From: an uncultured Desulfurellales bacterium
Lineage (GTDB): Bacteria > Campylobacterota_A > Desulfurellia > Desulfurellales > CAZERD01
NCBI GenBank assembly: GCA_964515405.1
Contig: CAZERD010000002.1
Span: 1,568-65,567 of the forward strand
Direction of reading: 5' to 3'
Length of the DNA: 64,000 nt
Shown here: in pieces, positions 8,391 to 17,398 of the stretch
Layout of the letters: each line of letters starts with the position of its first letter
How positions within the stretch are numbered: the first letter of the stretch is position 1
Translations under genes and position numbers: made by a program
Notes under the pieces: generated by a model
The model's database searches: none
What the model was told of the DNA's origin: nothing
The model's input: only the letters and a program-made list of their open reading frames with translations

Positions 8391-9662
8391 ATGAAAGTGG
8401 TAGTGCTGGGTGCCGGGATAGCCACAAGGATGGAGGGTAAATATCCAAACAAGCCCAAAGGTCTGATAAAAATCGCAAAAAGAGAACTCGTTTACAGAGC
8501 TATGAAATTTCTAAGAGACGAGGGCTTTAACAATTTCATAATTGTGACAAACCCGATGTTTGAAAAGGCTTATAGGGAGTATTTGCAAACACACGGATTT
8601 AATGGACGTATAATTCTCAACAACCACCCAGAAAAGGGAAACGGATACTCATTCTATCTCGCCAGAGAACACGCAGGAGAACGTTTTATAGTGATAATGA
8701 CAGATCATATATATGAGAGAACATTCATAAAAAAGGCTATACAAGGAAGTGGTCTGATCATTGACAGAGTGGGCCTGTACATAGACCACAGAGAAGCCAC
8801 AAAGGTGAAACTCAGAAACAACAGAATATCTGATATAGGTAAAAACCTCAATGAATTTGACGCTTTTGATACAGGCTTCTTCATACTCAAGAAGGAAATA
8901 TTTGCCGTGGCAGAAACACTAATAAAAACCAAGGAATGTGTAGAACTGAGCGAAATAATCAAGAAGAGCTCCATTGAGGTTACAGAGATCTCAGGTCTCT
9001 TCTGGGCCGATGCAGACACACCGAAGGAGATAAAAAGACTGAAGAGGCTCATAGTCAAACAATCAGTCAAAAGAAAGGGTGACGGATGGGTTTCTCGCCT
9101 TATCAACAGAAAAATCTCCACCCTGCTGTCCACATCACTATGTGAGAGAATATCTCCTGATGTAATGACATGGCTTTCCTTTCTTATAGGTATAGCCTCA
9201 GCCCTCTTAGCCTTCTTATCTGCACCTATAGGGGGTATCGTATACCAACTTAGCTCCGTTCTTGACGGGATAGATGGAGAAATAGCCAGAGCCACCCTGA
9301 GAGAAAGCAACTTCGGGGGATGGCTTGACTCTCTGCTAGACAGAATCATTGACTTCGTCTTTCTCTTGGCATTGTATGACAATATTCCTCACTCTTATGG
9401 CTACATATATGCATGTGCTATCTTCGGCGTCGTTATGGTCAGCTACTCCACAGAGAGGTTTAAAGGCGCATTCGGCACGGATGCATATGAATCCATAACA
9501 CCCTTAAGATATCTGCCCGGAAAAAGGGATGAGAGAGTATTTGCCACAATGATTTTATGTCTAATGGGGCTAATAAAAACCCTGATCATTCTACTTGCCA
9601 TAGTAACCAACATTAGAGTTCTACTAACGATATACTTCGTATGGAAATGGGATAAAAAATAA
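8391..9662 (+). CDS. Bifunctional CTP:inositol-1-phosphate cytidylyltransferase / di-myo-inositol-1,3'-phosphate-1'-phosphate synthase (IPCT/DIPPS)
   Basis: The N-terminal part is a nucleotidyltransferase (VVLGAGIATRM...KPKGLI). The C-terminal membrane domain carries the CDP-alcohol phosphatidyltransferase motif DGIDGEIAR-x8-GGWLDSLLDRIID. The gene sits directly upstream of an inositol-1-phosphate synthase gene. Confidence 0.8.
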   Translation: MKVVVLGAGIATRMEGKYPNKPKGLIKIAKRELVYRAMKFLRDEGFNNFIIVTNPMFEKAYREYLQTHGFNGRIILNNHPEKGNGYSFYLAREHAGERFIVIMTDHIYERTFIKKAIQGSGLIIDRVGLYIDHREATKVKLRNNRISDIGKNLNEFDAFDTGFFILKKEIFAVAETLIKTKECVELSEIIKKSSIEVTEISGLFWADADTPKEIKRLKRLIVKQSVKRKGDGWVSRLINRKISTLLSTSLCERISPDVMTWLSFLIGIASALLAFLSAPIGGIVYQLSSVLDGIDGEIARATLRESNFGGWLDSLLDRIIDFVFLLALYDNIPHSYGYIYACAIFGVVMVSYSTERFKGAFGTDAYESITPLRYLPGKRDERVFATMILCLMGLIKTLIILLAIVTNIRVLLTIYFVWKWDKK

Positions 9663-9677
9663 GGGTGGAGGGATAAC

Positions 9678-10826
9678 GTGATGAAGGTGATACTTTTGGG
9701 AGCTGGATTTGTAGCTAGCACGCTTGTAGCAGGTATTGAGAAAATAAAAAGAGGTGAAGCAGGTTGCACCGGGATTCCTTTGGGCAACGAGCTACCCATA
9801 AAGCCTGAAGACATAAGCATTATCGGGGCATACGATGTCGACACAAGCAAGATAGATACTCCCTTAAGCAACATAGTCGCCAGATACTGGAGTACCCACC
9901 TCACAGGGGAAACAAACAAAATCAAAATAAGAAAAGGAATTCACCTCGGCAGCCTCAACAACATACCCATCAAAGCATCAGGGAGGGAGGAGAAGAAACC
10001 TATCAGGGAATGCATTGAAGAAATAATTGATGAATGGGTAAGCTATGAGCCTGACGTGATCGTTAACCTCTGCACTACCGAATCATTCGGTGTATTTCCC
10101 GATGAGAAATCTTTTATGGAAACTATACACGAAAACAACACCTCCAAATTAACAGCCACTCAAGTGTATTTCTATACAGCATGCCTGTATGCAAAAACGA
10201 GAAAAAGAATTGCCTTTGTCAATGCTATACCCACACCATTAGCAAACGATCCCGTCATGCTCAACCTGGCGGAGAAACACAACCTTGTCGTGCTTGGAGA
10301 CGATGGGGCATCTGGAGCAACTCCTTTAAGCGCTGACATATTGGCACATCAAGCACAGCGCAACAGAACCGTTAAGGACATAGCTCAATTCAACATAGGT
10401 GGTAACATGGACTTTCTTGCACTAACAGATGAAGGAAGGAACAAAAGCAAAGAAGTAACAAAATCCAGCATCGTTGAGGACATACTAGGTTACAATGCCC
10501 CACATTACATAAAACCCACAGGATATATTGAAAGCCTTGGCGACAAAAAATTCGTGGCCTTGCATATAGAATACGAGAGTTTCAACGGCGTAACAGACGA
10601 AATCATGCTGACAGCACGTATCAATGACAGTCCAGCGCTTGCAGGACTGCTGGTTGACCTGGTAAGGTTAGCTAAAATAGCCATAGAAAGGGGAATATCA
10701 GGTACAGTTTACGAAATAAATGCATTTTATATGAAGAGACCAGGACCCGTAGAAAAACCCAACATACCACGAATCATAGCCTATGAGCGACTCAGGTCAT
10801 GGTGCGGACTAAACCCAAAATGGTAA
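9678..10826 (+). CDS. ino1: myo-inositol-1-phosphate synthase (short archaeal/thermophile type)
   Basis: Has a Rossmann N-terminus VILLGAGFVASTLV, plus GDDGASGATPL and NIGGNMDFL...KSKE blocks typical of MIPS. The start is either GTG 9678 or ATG 9681. Confidence 0.8.
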   Translation: MMKVILLGAGFVASTLVAGIEKIKRGEAGCTGIPLGNELPIKPEDISIIGAYDVDTSKIDTPLSNIVARYWSTHLTGETNKIKIRKGIHLGSLNNIPIKASGREEKKPIRECIEEIIDEWVSYEPDVIVNLCTTESFGVFPDEKSFMETIHENNTSKLTATQVYFYTACLYAKTRKRIAFVNAIPTPLANDPVMLNLAEKHNLVVLGDDGASGATPLSADILAHQAQRNRTVKDIAQFNIGGNMDFLALTDEGRNKSKEVTKSSIVEDILGYNAPHYIKPTGYIESLGDKKFVALHIEYESFNGVTDEIMLTARINDSPALAGLLVDLVRLAKIAIERGISGTVYEINAFYMKRPGPVEKPNIPRIIAYERLRSWCGLNPKW

Positions 10827-10845
10827 CCTGAATCCTACAAACGCA

Positions 10846-11697
10846 TCATTCAGCCCCTCCCCCTGTTTCAATACCAATATCGTCAAACATAGAGCACTCT
10901 TTCTCCCTAGCATCCCAGGCACGGGAATGACCCCCAAAGAAGGTGTGGAATAGAAACTGATCTATCTTTAAAGAATTGGTGTATCTAAAAACAAAATCCC
11001 CCCTGCTAAATACAGGCTTGCCATTCAACCACACCATAAGTACACCATTACTGTATCCAACCTGATTCAGTTTCACCCAAGCTCTCAAAAAATACCATCT
11101 ACCAGAGGTGATCGTTACCCATTTGCCGTTCCTCTTTAACTTCAATACATCCCCATACTTACCGTGCTGCCCAGGGTAATATACATAAACGACAAGATTT
11201 GCAAGTCTTGGGTTCACCACACTACCCTTCGTACCGGAAGAATACCACATAAAACGAATGCTGAAACCGTCGTAACCGTTAGAGGGATACCCTCCCACAT
11301 TCCCTCTGCCTCCACCTATACCAGGAAGCTTACCTCCCTTTGAAAAATAAAAACCTTTACAGAATCTGAATCTATAGAAGAAAAACACACTGTCCACCGG
11401 CGAAAAGCGCATTCTCCACCTAACTCCACCTTTATGGGACTTGCCCTTTTCATAAATCACCTCTAACACATTATCTCCTCTGAATCTAACAACATGCACC
11501 CTACCATCACCTATACCACTTGAATGATACCCTGTAGCATCAGGCCAGTACTTCTTCCATAGATCTTTCGAATAAACACCAACCGGCTCATGCTCAAAAT
11601 CATTAAAATAAATAGCTTTTGAGCATGCCCAAGTTGGTATTCCAAACACCACTCCCAGAACCAATAAAAACCCGACACAATATCTAATAACACTCAT
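10846..11697 (-). CDS. Secreted polysaccharide-lyase-like (PL14/PF14099-like, concanavalin-fold) protein
   Basis: Signal peptide (..IPTWA|CSK). The motif KGGKLPGIGGG...GG...GFSIRFMW matches my recollection of the KGGKLPGLxGG...GFSxRxMW signature of the Polysacc_lyase family. Its start overlaps the MFS gene stop by 4 nt. Confidence 0.5.
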   Translation of the reverse strand: MSVIRYCVGFLLVLGVVFGIPTWACSKAIYFNDFEHEPVGVYSKDLWKKYWPDATGYHSSGIGDGRVHVVRFRGDNVLEVIYEKGKSHKGGVRWRMRFSPVDSVFFFYRFRFCKGFYFSKGGKLPGIGGGRGNVGGYPSNGYDGFSIRFMWYSSGTKGSVVNPRLANLVVYVYYPGQHGKYGDVLKLKRNGKWVTITSGRWYFLRAWVKLNQVGYSNGVLMVWLNGKPVFSRGDFVFRYTNSLKIDQFLFHTFFGGHSRAWDAREKECSMFDDIGIETGGGAE

Positions 11698-12923
11698 GTC
11701 ATAATCTCAGTCTTCTGACGTTCTTCATACTTCTTAATAAACACCACTATGGGTACGGATACAGAAAAAAGAACAGCCGTTAGTACATAAACTGTACTAA
11801 AACCCATGCTTATCCCAACCTGTACACCAAATATGGGTCCCAACGTACCCCCAACATCTCCCATAAACTGATATACCGAAACTGATCTACCCCTTATACC
11901 AACCGGCGTCAAATCACCAAGAATGCTTAAAAGAGCAACATTATTGATTCCTATACCCATCCCCAACAAGACTAGAGAACCTATAAGTACCGGAGTACTA
12001 TTGCAAAAAGCAAGCATCACGAATCCTATTATAACTATTATAGCAGAAGGCAGACTAACGGTGGACCTCAGTCTTATCCTATCTATAACTTTGCCTATCA
12101 TAAATCCTGTTATCCCTGAAGAAATCATCATGAAAGACATCAAAACACCAGCGCTGAACCTCGGATCTGAATATATAAAAGAAAAGTGTTTACTCTCTAC
12201 AAACAAAACAAGCGTGGTTAAAACCACTCCCTGTAAGGAAAAAAAGACAAGGAAGTTGAATATACTTATCAAAAGCAAACTAACATGGCTCACGGTGTAC
12301 CTGAGAGCTTCAAGTAAGCTAATCCTCTCCTTCAGCTTTACCTCTACATCCTTAAAGAACAACCACACAATAACAGCAGCAAAAAACGAAGCACCTGCAC
12401 TGGATAAAAAGGCAGTCGCATCACCGAATAATCCAGATAAAACACCTCCCACAACGAGTCCAGCAGGTACTCCAAGGCTAAGGGCTATCCTTACCATAGC
12501 TGTTGATCTACCGCGAGTAGTGTATATGGAAGCATTAAGAGCTATAGTGTTTGACGAGATGAATAGGAAAGCCGAACCTACCCCCCATATTAATCTACCC
12601 ACCATCAACACACTCCCGTGATAAGGAGAATACAACGCATAAGTATAGAGCAAGCTCCCTAAGCTTTCTACAAGTAACCCTATTATGAGAGGCTTCTTTC
12701 CGCCCATACGGTCTATTATCTCTCCAACAACCTGATTGGACATTAATCTTGAAATCCTATTACCTGCCAAGATCAAACCTATAAAAAATGGAGCAAGGCC
12801 AAACTGAACTCCCAGTATGGGCAGTATAGGAAACACTATACCCCCACCTATCCCGCCAAGAAATACGGCGAGAGGGACTATCCAACTAACCCTCTTTATT
12901 TCAGTGCTTTTTCTTCGTGGCAT
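11694..12923 (-). CDS. MFS transporter
   Basis: About 12 predicted TM helices. An MFS loop 2-3 motif-like sequence is present (GEIIDRMGGKKPLI). Confidence 0.8.
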   Translation of the reverse strand: MPRRKSTEIKRVSWIVPLAVFLGGIGGGIVFPILPILGVQFGLAPFFIGLILAGNRISRLMSNQVVGEIIDRMGGKKPLIIGLLVESLGSLLYTYALYSPYHGSVLMVGRLIWGVGSAFLFISSNTIALNASIYTTRGRSTAMVRIALSLGVPAGLVVGGVLSGLFGDATAFLSSAGASFFAAVIVWLFFKDVEVKLKERISLLEALRYTVSHVSLLLISIFNFLVFFSLQGVVLTTLVLFVESKHFSFIYSDPRFSAGVLMSFMMISSGITGFMIGKVIDRIRLRSTVSLPSAIIVIIGFVMLAFCNSTPVLIGSLVLLGMGIGINNVALLSILGDLTPVGIRGRSVSVYQFMGDVGGTLGPIFGVQVGISMGFSTVYVLTAVLFSVSVPIVVFIKKYEERQKTEIMT

Positions 12924-13467
12924 AGTATATGTACGCGTAAGTCCCCAGAAGCATAAGCGCCGCTACAGGGATAGAATAGTACCAGTACCTTTCCACCTCA
13001 TTCACAATCTTCAGTATTACCGCCCCAAACAAATAGGATAACACAATACCTATGGCCGCCCACGCAAAGGCAGATACGAGATTTATCACTGCAAACTTGG
13101 TTTTATCGAATCCCACTATACCTATCGTCATAGGTATTACCGTCCTCAACCCATACATATATCTTTGAAGAAATATCAGAAACCAGCCGTATCTTGTGAG
13201 CAATCTTCTGGCCAGCGCAAATTTCCTCCTGTGAGTTATAAGCTTCCTCTGAACTATCTTCTTACCGCTCCTACCCACATAATAATATATTTGATCTCCA
13301 GCAAAAGCACCCAACCCAGCCGATACAATGGATAACGTCAGGTCCATATGTCCAGTATGAGAAAGAACTCCTGCAACCACAAGACCCGTTTCTCCCTCTA
13401 TCATCGCCCAGCCAAACAGTATAATGTAGCCATAGCTTGTGAGTAACTCAATTGCTATCTTTTCCAT
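12901..13467 (-). CDS. DedA-family membrane protein
   Basis: The motifs FGWAMIEGETGLVVAGVL, GDQIYYYVGR and RYMYGLRTVIPMTIG are DedA/SNARE-associated hallmarks. ATG at 13467 is preferred. ATG at 13527 is an alternative. Confidence 0.75.
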   Translation of the reverse strand: MEKIAIELLTSYGYIILFGWAMIEGETGLVVAGVLSHTGHMDLTLSIVSAGLGAFAGDQIYYYVGRSGKKIVQRKLITHRRKFALARRLLTRYGWFLIFLQRYMYGLRTVIPMTIGIVGFDKTKFAVINLVSAFAWAAIGIVLSYLFGAVILKIVNEVERYWYYSIPVAALMLLGTYAYIYYATKKKH

Positions 13468-13563
13468 GGGTGTTAAGATAACAGAATGGATGATAAAATA
13501 CAACGGATGAGTTGCAAAGAAATCCATTTTGTATAATATTCATCTATCAAGGGGAGGTTTAAT

Positions 13564-14199
13564 ATGGGAAAAAAACTAAGCAAAGTTGAGGTCAAGGGCA
13601 TAGAAGCTTTGCTATATGACGTAATTATGGACGTTGTCAGTGGTTTCACCTATGAGAGATTCATGGAGAAGGTGGTCAGAGACATGCACATAGGTACTAA
13701 GGACAATATACTTGACTTGGGATGCGGCACAGCAAGAAACATGCTCCTCATGAAGAGATACACAAATAGCATGATAGTTGGATTTGACATAGGAGATATC
13801 ATGCTCTCAATAGCTAAAAAAAAGACAAAACTTTACAAAAACATAAAGATATTCAAGCACGACATAAGAAAACCATATCCCTTTATCAATACATTTGACA
13901 TAGTGTTCATCTCATTCGTTTTACACGGCTTTATTGACAGTGACAGAGATAAAATAATAAAAAACGCTTTCGTATCACTTAAAGAGGGGGGAAGATTTTG
14001 TATCCTCGACTACAACGAGTTCAATCTCCATGACTCTTCAATACCAGTAAAACTGGCTTTCAAGTACGCAGAGTGTCCTCTCGCGAGTGAATTTATCTCC
14101 ATAGACCTAAAAGCTAAACTATCAGGCTTTGGATTCTCTGCGTTTGAAACATGCACATACTACTTCAACAAAGTGAGGCTTTTGATTGCTAAAAAATGA
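13564..14199 (+). CDS. Class I SAM-dependent methyltransferase
   Basis: Motif I ILDLGCGTARN and post-I VGFDI. RBS AGGGGAGG. Confidence 0.75.
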   Translation: MGKKLSKVEVKGIEALLYDVIMDVVSGFTYERFMEKVVRDMHIGTKDNILDLGCGTARNMLLMKRYTNSMIVGFDIGDIMLSIAKKKTKLYKNIKIFKHDIRKPYPFINTFDIVFISFVLHGFIDSDRDKIIKNAFVSLKEGGRFCILDYNEFNLHDSSIPVKLAFKYAECPLASEFISIDLKAKLSGFGFSAFETCTYYFNKVRLLIAKK

Positions 14200-15205
14200 A
14201 GAAAAACTCTTACTGGCAAGGATAAAAATCAAGAACCCATCAGAATTCAAAGGATTAGAAGACATAGCAGAGGCCAAAAACATCCACGTAACACAAAAAC
14301 ACTCACAGTATATAAAAAACGCCATAAGATTTATAGAAAAAAAACGTGTGAGTATCGTGGATTACTTCTCAGAAGGATACCCCTCACGGCTGAGAAACAT
14401 AGATTACCCTCCCCTTATTCTCTTCATAAGGGGCAAATGGAAGGAAACAGAGCTACCAGTAGCCGTCGTAGGAACAAGGTATCCCTCAGGCTATGGCTAT
14501 AGGGTTGCGGAATACTTGATCCCTAATCTTATCAAAGCCGGATTCGACATAATAAGTGGACTTGCCAAGGGCATTGATACACTCTCACACAAGTTAACCC
14601 TTAAACACACCGGTTACACGGTAGCAGTGCTTGGAAACGGTATAGATGTAATCTACCCAGCGGAAAACAGGGAACTCTACGAAGAAATATCAGTAAGCGG
14701 ATGTATTATCTCGGAATTCCCTATAGGCACAAAACCTTCAAAGTTCAATTTCCCGTATAGAAACAGAATCATAGCCGGACTCTCAAGAGCCGTAATAGTA
14801 ATAGAGGCAGATTCAAAAAGTGGCTCCTTAATAACTGCAAGACTGGGCGCCGAGCAGTCCAAGCCGGTCTTTGCAGTACCTGGGGAAATATTCTCACGCC
14901 GCTCTTCCGGCACAAACAAACTCATATCCGAAGGCGCATTCCCGCTCTGCAGCGTAGAGGATGTGTTATCATATTTCTACATAGAACTAAAGGAAGAGGT
15001 TAAAATGACGAAAAACAGTCAGTCCTACGAAGAACTAAATGAGTCTGAGATAGCCGTACTCAAAGCCCTAGGAGGGGGAAAAGACTTCGACACACTCGTA
15101 CAAAAGCTAGGTATACCCACTCCTAAACTTTCAGAGATTCTATTTGATTTAGAAATAAAGGGGGTTATAAAGAATGCCGGTGGAAACAGATATGAGAGGG
15201 TATAA
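14186..15205 (+). CDS. dprA: DNA-processing protein DprA (Smf)
   Basis: Rossmann-like DprA core: VAVVGTRYPS.YG, SGLAKGIDTLSHK, AVLGNGIDVIYP.EN, SEFP.GT.P....FP.RNRIIAGLS and a C-terminal winged helix. The start is TTG. Confidence 0.85.
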   Translation: MLKNEEKLLLARIKIKNPSEFKGLEDIAEAKNIHVTQKHSQYIKNAIRFIEKKRVSIVDYFSEGYPSRLRNIDYPPLILFIRGKWKETELPVAVVGTRYPSGYGYRVAEYLIPNLIKAGFDIISGLAKGIDTLSHKLTLKHTGYTVAVLGNGIDVIYPAENRELYEEISVSGCIISEFPIGTKPSKFNFPYRNRIIAGLSRAVIVIEADSKSGSLITARLGAEQSKPVFAVPGEIFSRRSSGTNKLISEGAFPLCSVEDVLSYFYIELKEEVKMTKNSQSYEELNESEIAVLKALGGGKDFDTLVQKLGIPTPKLSEILFDLEIKGVIKNAGGNRYERV

Positions 15206-15208
15206 CTT

Positions 15209-17380
15209 ATGAACCTCGTGGTTGTTGAATCCCCTGCAAAGGCAAGAACAATCTCCAAATTCTTAGGCAAAGGCTACGAGGTAGTGGCCTCCTACGGCCA
15301 TGTGAGGGACCTACCCGTCCACAGGTTCGGTGTTGACATAGAACACGGATTCAAACCCAAATATGAAGTCCCAAGAGAAAAAAAACCTATAGTGGAACAC
15401 ATAAGAGAACTAGCCAAACACTCCAACAGTATATATATAGCCACCGACGAAGACAGAGAAGGAGAAGCGATAGGATGGCATATAACAAGGCTCCTGAGAA
15501 GAAAAGAAGAGGACGTTAAAAGGATAGTATTCCACGAAGTCACAAAAAAAGCTTTAGAAAAAGCTATAAACAACCCGCGAACAATCAATCTGAACATGGT
15601 TGACTCCCAGGAAGCGAGACGAATACTTGATAGGATAGTGGGGTACAAACTTTCACCACTCCTCTCTAAAAAAATCAAAAGGGGATTGTCTGCTGGAAGG
15701 GTGCAGTCCGTAGCAGCAAAACTCGTCGTGGAGCGAGAGAAAGAAATAACCTCATTTGTAAGAAAGGAATACTGGACCATACATCTACTGACCGAGGAAG
15801 GCATAGAAGCTCTTTTAACACACATAGACGGCACGAAAATTGACAAAACCTTTATAAAATCGAAGAAAGAAGCCCTACAGTTAAAAAAACGCATAGAAAA
15901 AGAAGAGTTTTCCATTGAAAGTGTAACCAGAAAAAAAACACGCAAAAACCCAGAACCCCCATTTATAACAAGTACGCTTCAGATGACTGCCTCCAATATT
16001 TTAAACTTCTCCCCCAAGAAAACCATGATGCTAGCCCAAAAGCTGTATGAGGGTATAGACATTGGTAAAACGAGAATGGGCATAATAACCTACATGAGAA
16101 CAGATTCCTTCAACGTGTCAGAGGAAGCACAAACCAGCACGTTAAATCTGATAAGTAACCTGTTTGGTGGAGAGTATGCACCGGAAAAACCAAACGTATA
16201 TAAAACAAAATCAAAGTTGGCACAGGAAGCTCATGAATGCATAAGACCAGTTGACGTCAAACTCCTTCCCGAAATGGCAAAACCATACTTAACCGAGGAA
16301 GAATACAAACTCTACAACTTGATATGGAGAAGATTCATAGCCTCACAGATGACCCAAGCTGTCGTAAGAAACACCAGCATAGTACTATCATCACTTTCCT
16401 TTAAAGCCAAAGCATCTTTCAACGAAATCGAATTTGATGGATTCACAAGGGTATGGGAGCGTTCTGGACTCAAAGAATCTCCTTCTCCTGAAGGTCTAAA
16501 AAAGGGAAACAGAGTAGTGATTAACTCCATCACTCCAAAACAACACTTTACAGAGCCTCCCCCCAGGTATACACCTGCCACTCTTATAAAGGCACTTGAG
16601 TCTCACGGCATAGGGAGACCATCCACCTACGCCACAATCATAGATACAATACTAGCAAGAGGGTATGTCTCTCTGAAGGATGGCAAATTTTATCCCAATG
16701 ATATAGGCATAGTTGTAACCGAAGAACTTGAAAGATTCTTCTCAGATATAATAAACGTAAAATTCACAGCTAGAATGGAAGACAAACTGGACAAAATAGT
16801 TGAGGGCAATCTAAGCAAACTTGACGTGCTCTCCGAGTTCTATGAAAAATTCAGGACACTATTAGAAACAGCAGAGCAGGAAATGGAGAACAGAAAACCA
16901 AAACCCCAAGAAACAGATATCATATGTGAGCTGTGCGGAGCACCTATGGTCATCCGAGAGGGAAAGTTCGGCAAGTTTCTCGCCTGCTCTAACTATCCAA
17001 AGTGCAAGAACACAAAATCCCTCGTCGAACAAAAAACAGATATCATATGTGAGCTGTGCGGAGCACCTATGGTCATAAAACACTCCAAAACAGGAGCAAG
17101 ATTTCTAGCTTGCTCTAACTATCCAAAGTGCAAAAACACAAAACCATATCCTACGGGGCTAAAGTGTCCCGAATGCGGCAGAGATCTCGTGGAAAAGTCA
17201 TCAAAGAGAGGAACATTCTATGGTTGCTCCGGATACCCACAGTGCACGTTTACAATAAGAGGAGAAATAAAAAACAAAACATGTCCCCTTTGCGGATATA
17301 CCCTCATGGTAAAAAAGAAAACCCAATGGCACTGTGCTCGCAAGGGATGTAACTACAGGGAAGAAGAGGGCGCCCCATAG
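15209..17380 (+). CDS. topA: DNA topoisomerase I with four C-terminal zinc ribbons
   Basis: The TOPRIM N-terminus is LVVVESPAKARTISKFLG. DEDREGEAI is present. The catalytic-region motif GIITYMRTDS is present. Four CxxC...CxxC ribbons lie at the C-terminus. Confidence 0.95.
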   Translation: MNLVVVESPAKARTISKFLGKGYEVVASYGHVRDLPVHRFGVDIEHGFKPKYEVPREKKPIVEHIRELAKHSNSIYIATDEDREGEAIGWHITRLLRRKEEDVKRIVFHEVTKKALEKAINNPRTINLNMVDSQEARRILDRIVGYKLSPLLSKKIKRGLSAGRVQSVAAKLVVEREKEITSFVRKEYWTIHLLTEEGIEALLTHIDGTKIDKTFIKSKKEALQLKKRIEKEEFSIESVTRKKTRKNPEPPFITSTLQMTASNILNFSPKKTMMLAQKLYEGIDIGKTRMGIITYMRTDSFNVSEEAQTSTLNLISNLFGGEYAPEKPNVYKTKSKLAQEAHECIRPVDVKLLPEMAKPYLTEEEYKLYNLIWRRFIASQMTQAVVRNTSIVLSSLSFKAKASFNEIEFDGFTRVWERSGLKESPSPEGLKKGNRVVINSITPKQHFTEPPPRYTPATLIKALESHGIGRPSTYATIIDTILARGYVSLKDGKFYPNDIGIVVTEELERFFSDIINVKFTARMEDKLDKIVEGNLSKLDVLSEFYEKFRTLLETAEQEMENRKPKPQETDIICELCGAPMVIREGKFGKFLACSNYPKCKNTKSLVEQKTDIICELCGAPMVIKHSKTGARFLACSNYPKCKNTKPYPTGLKCPECGRDLVEKSSKRGTFYGCSGYPQCTFTIRGEIKNKTCPLCGYTLMVKKKTQWHCARKGCNYREEEGAP
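16913..17143 (+). repeat. 123-nt (41-codon) tandem duplication inside topA, encoding zinc ribbons 1 and 2
   Basis: A 41-nt block (acagatatcatatgtgagctgtgcggagcacctatggtcat) occurs identically at 16913 and 17036. A second 33-nt block (tgctctaactatccaaagtgcaaRaacacaaaa) has a single mismatch. The roughly 31-34 nt between the blocks is fully diverged. Confidence 0.9.
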
Positions 17381-17392
17381 GCGCCCTCTTTG
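17365..17392. terminator. Bidirectional hairpin terminator between convergent topA and atpE
   Basis: A perfect 10-bp GC-rich stem, AGAGGGCGCC-ccata-GGCGCCCTCT, followed by TT. The topA stop codon lies in and next to the loop. Confidence 0.65.
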
Positions 17393-17398
17393 AGTTGA

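Noticed and set aside
11923-12621. 232-aa plus-strand ORF inside the MFS transporter gene. Similar long antisense ORFs occur at 2730-3443, 8705-9382, 15292-15945, 19783-20328, 22044-22511, 31425-32123, 34339-34920 and 50151-50714.
   Set aside because: All are fully contained antisense to, or out of frame with, genes that have strong family motifs. They have skewed low-complexity compositions and no start context. Long spurious ORFs are expected in AT-rich, stop-poor antisense frames.
16862-17083. 73-aa minus-strand ORF with an internal repeat
   Set aside because: It is the antisense image of the topA zinc-ribbon duplication. The repeat belongs to topA.
16913-17143. A CRISPR-like or mobile-element interpretation of the repeats in the window (topA 123-nt repeat, mlaD 102-nt repeat, rimO 12-mer)
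   Set aside because: Each has only two copies. The topA and mlaD repeats are in-frame coding duplications within recognisable genes. There are no cas genes, no spacer-repeat periodicity and no transposase or integrase ORFs anywhere in the window, including next to the tRNA gene.
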